Shown here piece by piece: positions 58,127 through 64,000 of a stretch of DNA of 64,000 bases. The translations under genes were made by a program, and so were the position numbers. Positions within the stretch are counted from its first letter, which is position 1, and the number at the start of each line of letters is the position of its first letter. Location: positions 37,076,001 through 37,140,000 of the forward strand of contig OZ024747.1 in NCBI GenBank assembly GCA_964016885.1, written 5' to 3'. Origin of the DNA: Eledone cirrhosa (Eukaryota). The notes under the pieces are model-generated. The model was not told where the DNA came from and searched no databases. It saw only the letters and a list, made by a program, of their open reading frames with translations.

Positions 58127-61100
58127 TTTTGTGTGGTCAGTTTCTGTTTTGACGTGTCCTGGTGTGATGTTGAAGAGTGCAGGGCCGATTGAGGTGAAAT
58201 AATTGTGCCGTATTGTTGTTATGAGTTGCGATTTAGATTTTTGAATGGGACGGATAGCACGGGGCCCAAGCCTTGGGTGTATCTTGAAGGCGATGCCAAC
58301 ATCATTTGGGCAGTGATGATGGAACATTTTCCACATCATGCAGATAATATAACGCTCACGGCGACGTTGGAGTGAGTAAAGTTTCAGGTTTTCTAATCGA
58401 CCCCAGTAGTCAAGGTCTGACATGCCATCTATCTTTTTCGTGATTGCCCTTTGAGGAGCTTCAAGTTTCATGATACTTTGTTTCGTGTGGGGAGACCACA
58501 GTGGACAACAGTATTCAAGGTGTGGTCGGGCGAAAGTAGAGAAGAGAAGGATAATGGTGCGGGAATCTCTCGACTGGAAGGTTCTGAGGATCCAGGAACA
58601 CATTCTGCGGGCCATGTCAACTTTGCTGCTTATATGCGTGGTCCAGCTTATGTTGCTGTCCACGGTTACTCCCAAGTCTCTGATGTTGTTAGATGCCACG
58701 AGAGTTTCCCCGGAGGGAAGGGAGTACGGGAGTTCCAGAGCATCCTCTTTTCCAAAGTGGATCAGTTCGAATTTGTCTTCGTTCAGTAACATGTTGTTCT
58801 TTTCTGCCCATTGGGTAACAGCCAGTAGGTCTGACTGAAGGCTTATCCGGTCATCCACGCCATTGATGACCTTTTGGAGCTTGGAATCATCAGCGAAAAT
58901 TTTAATGTTGCTGGTTTGATGATGTCAGTGATGTCATTAATATAGATGATGAAGAGAAGTGGGCCCAACACAGTGCCTTGTGGGACCCCACTACTGACTT
59001 TGGCTGGGCTTGATTTGACTCCCTCAACTACAACATGTTGGGTTCTGTTTGACAGGAAGCTCTTGATCCACTGCAGCAGCTTTCCAGTGACACCAATATT
59101 GGACAGCTTTTTCAGTAGAATGTTATGATCAACCCTGTCAAAGGCCTTGCTGAAATCAAGGTAGATAACATCAGTGTTGGAACCCTCTCCCAAGGCTCTT
59201 AAAATGTCATCAAAGTGATGCAGTAGCTGCGTCAGGCAATCCCTTCCATTACGGAATCCATGCTGGTTGGAGTTCAGCATATTGTTACTCTCAAGGAAGT
59301 GGGTCATTCGCGATCTCACCACTCGCTCAAATACCTTAATGATATGAGAGGTGAGTGAGATTGGACGGTAATTCACGGCAAGGGATTTGTTTCCCTTTTT
59401 GAAAACTGGGACAACAGACTGGGATAGAAGGTTTTCTGGCACATATCCAGCATCCAGTGAGTTCCGCCACAGATTGGCAAGAGGAGATGCAGGTTGGTGT
59501 TGACACGCCTTCAAGACACAAGCAGGGAACCTATCGGGACCTACTGCTGAATTATGCTTGATTTCCTTTATTGCCGCCAAGACATCAGGGGCGCCAAACG
59601 TTATGTCCGATAAGGTGTAATGGGGAGTAACATCGCCGATACAGCCCAGATCGGCCATATCAGGATTGCTGAAAACAGAGCAGTATTGTTTCTGCAGTAT
59701 CTCACCCATGGTTTTAGCATTGTCTTGAAGAGTGCCATTTTCATCAATTAGAGGGCCAACAGTAGAGCCAGTGATTTTGTGTTTTTTTGCAAATGAAAAG
59801 AACACTTTGGGATTGAGTTTGATCTTCTCAATGGCCCAGGCCTCTTCAGCTCTTCTCTGATTGTTGATGAGGGACATTATGTTGTTTTGGAGGTTATGTT
59901 TTTTAATCTCTAGTGATGAAATGGCAGTCAAGTTGATGTGTTGCTGCTGACAGTATTTCAGCTTGTTGATTTTTTTGTTCGTTCTCTTAATTTTTCTAAT
60001 GAGCGTTTTTCTATTTCTAGGGATTCTGCTCTTAGATTTGTTTATATTTCTTAATGGGGTGTGTTTAGCACATATGTTTGTAACAGTGTCCACAAATGTC
60101 TGCCAGGACTTTTTGATGTTAGTGGGTGTATGAGTGTGCGTGAAGGACCAGTCGACATGTGCAAGATCATGACTGATCGCTTCCCAGTTTGCATTGTGGA
60201 AATCCATAGCGTCAAACGGATGGACAGGAGAGATGACATTGGGTTTGTATATTGGACGGTGGAATCTCAGATCACAGAGAACCATGTCATGATCAGAGAG
60301 TAGAGTTTTCTCCACTGCAATATTGTGGATATTGTCAGTGTGATTGCTGAAAATTAAGTCTAGGACGTTTTTGTGGCACCTCGTTGGTTCGAGCACCAGT
60401 TGGGATAGGAAGAAATCATCCATGAAGTCAAGAAGCGATTCCACAGCTTCCCTGTCAGAGGTTGAGGCAGAAGAACCTGGTGGCAGGCTGTTTGTGGACC
60501 AGTCAACTCCGGGGAGGTTGAAGTCCCCCATCATTAAGATGTTGTCAGGGTGACACTCTTGGATGAAACACTTTATGCTGTTGAGGCATTCCTTGAAGCA
60601 TGGTACAGGCGTTTGGGGTGGCCTATAGAGCCCAACTACTAATAGGTTGTTGGTTTGACTGAATACAGTGACTGCTTCACAGTATCCATTAGTGAATATG
60701 TTCATAGCCTCTGTTGAGAAAGAATTATGGACATAAATGGCAGTTCCGCCCTTTCTTCTGCCAGCGCGATCAGCACGGATGGCTTTGAAATTTTTCACTT
60801 TCACCTCGGCTTCCAAGTGGAGGTTACTGAGATGGGTTTCAGTGAGGACGAAGAAAGGGATGTGGTTTGGATGGACATCAATCCAGTCCTCCAGGAATTT
60901 GATCTTCCATTTTTGAGTATTGGTGGAAGGGCTGATGCCTTGGGCGTTAAGCAAAAATGTAGAGGCGAGAGTGGATGGTTTTAATTGTTTTGGTGTGTTG
61001 TTAATTTGTTTGTTTGTTAATGGCAGCAATGGGAGTTTGTGCAGTGGGGTGATAGTGGAGGGTGGTGCTGGGTGATAGCTCGAATGTTTTTTTCCAGTTA

Positions 61101-61146
61101 TTTTGCCAGATTCATTATGGCTAAAAAAGAGGAAGAAGTTTCCTGT
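58124..61146 (-). pseudogene. CR1-group ORF2 (APE + RT), one frameshift near 58913, C-terminus truncated
   Basis: LLNAQG, LTETHL, YRPP, GDFN, LDL, SDH, NYRPISLT, QHGFR, YLDFSKAFD, GVPQGTVLGP; shifting frame gives IKIFADDSK, then RDLGV, RPHLEYC, LQRRRER. Confidence 0.92.
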
Positions 61147-62159
61147 TTAGAAGACTGTTGGTGACTGTGGTAGTGGTTATTTTTATGTAGGTTATGGTTT
61201 TTGTTTTTGCTTTTATTTTTAATTTTATATTCATTTGTCCGACGGGTCCCCGGGAGATGGGTAAAGGGACAATCCCGGTCTAAACACAATCTGTCTCGCA
61301 GGGAAAAACGGCAGATTTGTGGATTCCTTGTTTGAGTTATTGGTGGTTGTGTTGGTGTTAAATTAGAGTATGTATTATGGTGGTGGCTGTTTGTGGGGAT
61401 AGATCGTTTTGTCCTAGGTAAATGGGTGAATTTGCAGCCACTATCCGTACATATTCTATAGCGTAGAGAGTAGCGGCAAATGATGGGGTTTCGAGTGGGT
61501 GGGTATGTGGGTGTGTGTGTTGTGAGAGGTGTAGATGATGGTTTGGGTAGGATTTGACGACCTTTGTGGACTGTGGGAGGGAGAGTTCTTGTTCTGGTAT
61601 TAGAAGGTAAATTCCTTGACATAGCAGTAGACAAAAATGTTGTAGTAGTAGTAGGCAGAGATGTTGGCAGTGGTGATGATTGGACTGCTGGGCCAGAGAA
61701 AGGATGTGGCGTTTCATGCTGTGAGACAGAGGCTACTGGGGGGTCAATAGTTTCATTTAGTAGATCGGCCATTGTTGATGAATCAAGGAGTGGTTCACAC
61801 TGTTGTTGTCGTTGTTGTTGTTGTTGCTGTTGTTGATGTTGTTGTTGTAGCTGTTGTTGTTGTTGCTGTTGTAGCTGCTGTTGTTGTTGTTGCTGCTGCT
61901 GGACAGCATTCGAAGAGAAAACACACCGTAGTTTATCCAAATGTTTATTGATTAATTTAAAAGCTATTTCGATTTGCTTTAATTTATTTTGAATCTGTTG
62001 TTCAGATCGAGTTTTCAAAAATTGAACTGTACGTTTAGCAATGTCGTTCAGAGATGAAGCATGTATGTCTTCTGTTTGGGAAAGGCAATGCCATGTGTTT
62101 ATTAGAATGTCGATTTCATTATCAGACCAGTTCTGTTTGGATTTTTGCTGGTTAGCCAT
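61098..62159 (-). CDS. LINE ORF1: Myb/SANT-like N-terminus, polyQ, two CCCH zinc-finger-like motifs (353 aa)
   Basis: WSDNEIDILINTW...RSEQQIQNKLK; CRYSLRYRICTDSGCKFTH and CRFSLRDRLCLDRDCPFTH (C-x8-C-x4-C-x3-H). Confidence 0.8.
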   Translation of the reverse strand: MANQQKSKQNWSDNEIDILINTWHCLSQTEDIHASSLNDIAKRTVQFLKTRSEQQIQNKLKQIEIAFKLINKHLDKLRCVFSSNAVQQQQQQQQQLQQQQQQQLQQQHQQQQQQQQRQQQCEPLLDSSTMADLLNETIDPPVASVSQHETPHPFSGPAVQSSPLPTSLPTTTTTFLSTAMSRNLPSNTRTRTLPPTVHKGRQILPKPSSTPLTTHTPTYPPTRNPIICRYSLRYRICTDSGCKFTHLPRTKRSIPTNSHHHNTYSNLTPTQPPITQTRNPQICRFSLRDRLCLDRDCPFTHLPGTRRTNEYKIKNKSKNKNHNLHKNNHYHSHQQSSKQETSSSFLAIMNLAK

Positions 62160-62476
62160 TCTAGTTTTGAGTGTGTGTGTGTGTTTTAGTTAAGTATTTC
62201 AATATATATATATTTTTTTTTTTAAATTTATTTTTGATTTATTTTTGTTTTTTGTTTTTCTTGTGTGTGAGTGAGAAGAGTATATATATAAATATGAGTA
62301 TATATATATATATATATATATGTATATTCTGGTTATTTGAAATTAATTAAGTTAATGAAAAGACGAAAGTATATAATAATAATTTGTAGTTAAAGGAAAA
62401 TGTACTCACAAGTTCGAAAACACGTGGTTTCAAATATATAATAATATAGATGTATGTAAATGTATTAACCGGTCAA

Positions 62477-62510
62477 ATGCAGATTGAACAACTGAGACTG
62501 CACCAACGTG

Positions 62511-62546
<36 letters not shown>

Positions 62547-62611
62547 TACATACATACATACATACATACATACACACATATATGGTGCAGTCTCAGTTGT
62601 TCAATCTGCAT
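62477..62611. repeat. 29-bp perfect inverted repeat enclosing (CA)n(CATA)n
   Basis: 62477-62505/62583-62611. Confidence 0.9.
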
Positions 62612-63038
62612 GTATACAAATATAACTTAATCGTAGACGTCGGCTGCAGGCGGCGCACTAATATGTGTATGTATGTACACACACATATCACACATATCAC
62701 TAGACAGTTTGGCGTGTAGTTTGGGGCTGATTTTCTGTGTGGGGTGGGATTGTGGTGGTGATGGTGCCTTTATGATACTGGATGAAAGATTGCGATGTTT
62801 TGGGTGTTGGGTGTGGTAGGGGATTGTTAAGGGGACTAATATTATAAGGAGTTAATGATCAGGTGTAAGTAGAAGCATATATATATATATATAATTAAGT
62901 TAAAAGTGTGTGTATTCATATGCATACTAGTATTTCAGTATACATATGTGGATGTACATTTTTAACTTAATTGTTTAAGCGTCAGTCATACAAAAGTGAG
63001 TTACAAACGAAACGAAATTTAATTTCGTTTCGTTATTT

Positions 63039-63141
<103 letters not shown>

Positions 63142-63811
63142 TATAGGATATACATACACATGTCTGTATACACACTAGTAGGGAAACTTAGTGTGTGTAT
63201 GTGTGTAAACACACGTACACACATACACATACACACTCGTTCACATGCATGCACAAAGTATAAGCATATGGATCTATACACACACCCTCACACAAATCCT
63301 GGCAAGCGCACATACACACAATACACACACACACACATATAAATAAGATAGACATATATCTGTGTGCACACACACACACACACACAAGTGATGGAACCCT
63401 TTGTGGGCGGGGGTGTAGACGTACACACACACACAAGTGATGGATTCCTTTATGGGTGGGGGTGTAGACGTACACACAAACACACATACACATACACACA
63501 CAGGCACGTATAAATCCATGCACACGTAGACACCCACACACGCACACACATATAAAAAAATGCACATAAATACATATGTACATATATAAACACATATATA
63601 TATATATATACATACACACAAGATATACTCGGGTATGCGTGCACACACGCAAGTGGTGGGTGATATTGTGAGTGCGGGTGTAAACACACACATACACACA
63701 GAGAGTCACACTCATACATGTCTTACTGGCTCTCACTACCACACACACACACACGTATGGGACCCCTACACACACCCACATCTACACATGTACATTAGTA
63801 GACCGACGTGT

Positions 63812-64000
63812 ACACAGGTACTCACGATCACACGTACATACAGACGTGCACTTCACCCTACACAGGTAATCACGATCACACGTACAGACAGACGTGCACT
63901 TTACCCTACACAGGTACTCACAATCACACGTACAGAGAGACATGCACTTTACCCTACACAGGTACTCACAATCACACGTACAGACAGACGTGCACTTCAC
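63812..64000. repeat. 48-bp tandem repeat running off the window end
   Basis: cacaggtactcacgatcacacgtacatacagacgtgcacttcacccta, about 4 copies. Confidence 0.92.

Larger units (their letters stand above)
58124..62340 (-). mobile_element. CR1-group LINE, 5' part complete, 3' end missing
   Basis: ORF1 plus APE-RT ORF2; coding stops abruptly at (TA)n near 58124; 5' boundary approximate. Confidence 0.9.

Overview
AT-rich, microsatellite-dense animal non-coding DNA. The SINE types and repeat landscape suggest an octopus or other cephalopod (inference). No host exon was recognised, and most ORF-track entries are microsatellite or antisense artefacts. The window is a nest of retroelements: three related Tx1/L1-clade LINEs (one with an intact 1138-aa ORF2), a young Naiad-type Penelope-like element (PLE) with an intact 773-aa RT/GIY-YIG ORF and a ~1.07-kb inverted arm, and a near-complete CR1-group LINE with an unusual Myb/SANT-like + 2xCCCH ORF1 and a candidate -1 frameshift site. 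It also holds fragments of Neptune-type PLE, CRE and RTE elements, bipartite RTE derivatives, tRNA-derived SINEs, Helitron-like units and three minisatellites. The most notable hidden layer is about 15 type I hammerhead-ribozyme motifs (complete, degenerate or half) from several unrelated families. Most sit in short non-coding units between (TA)n tracts, often folded back into hairpins at the ribozyme. Two carry the rare compensatory U3:A8 core. All structures were read by eye and coordinates of degenerate elements are approximate.
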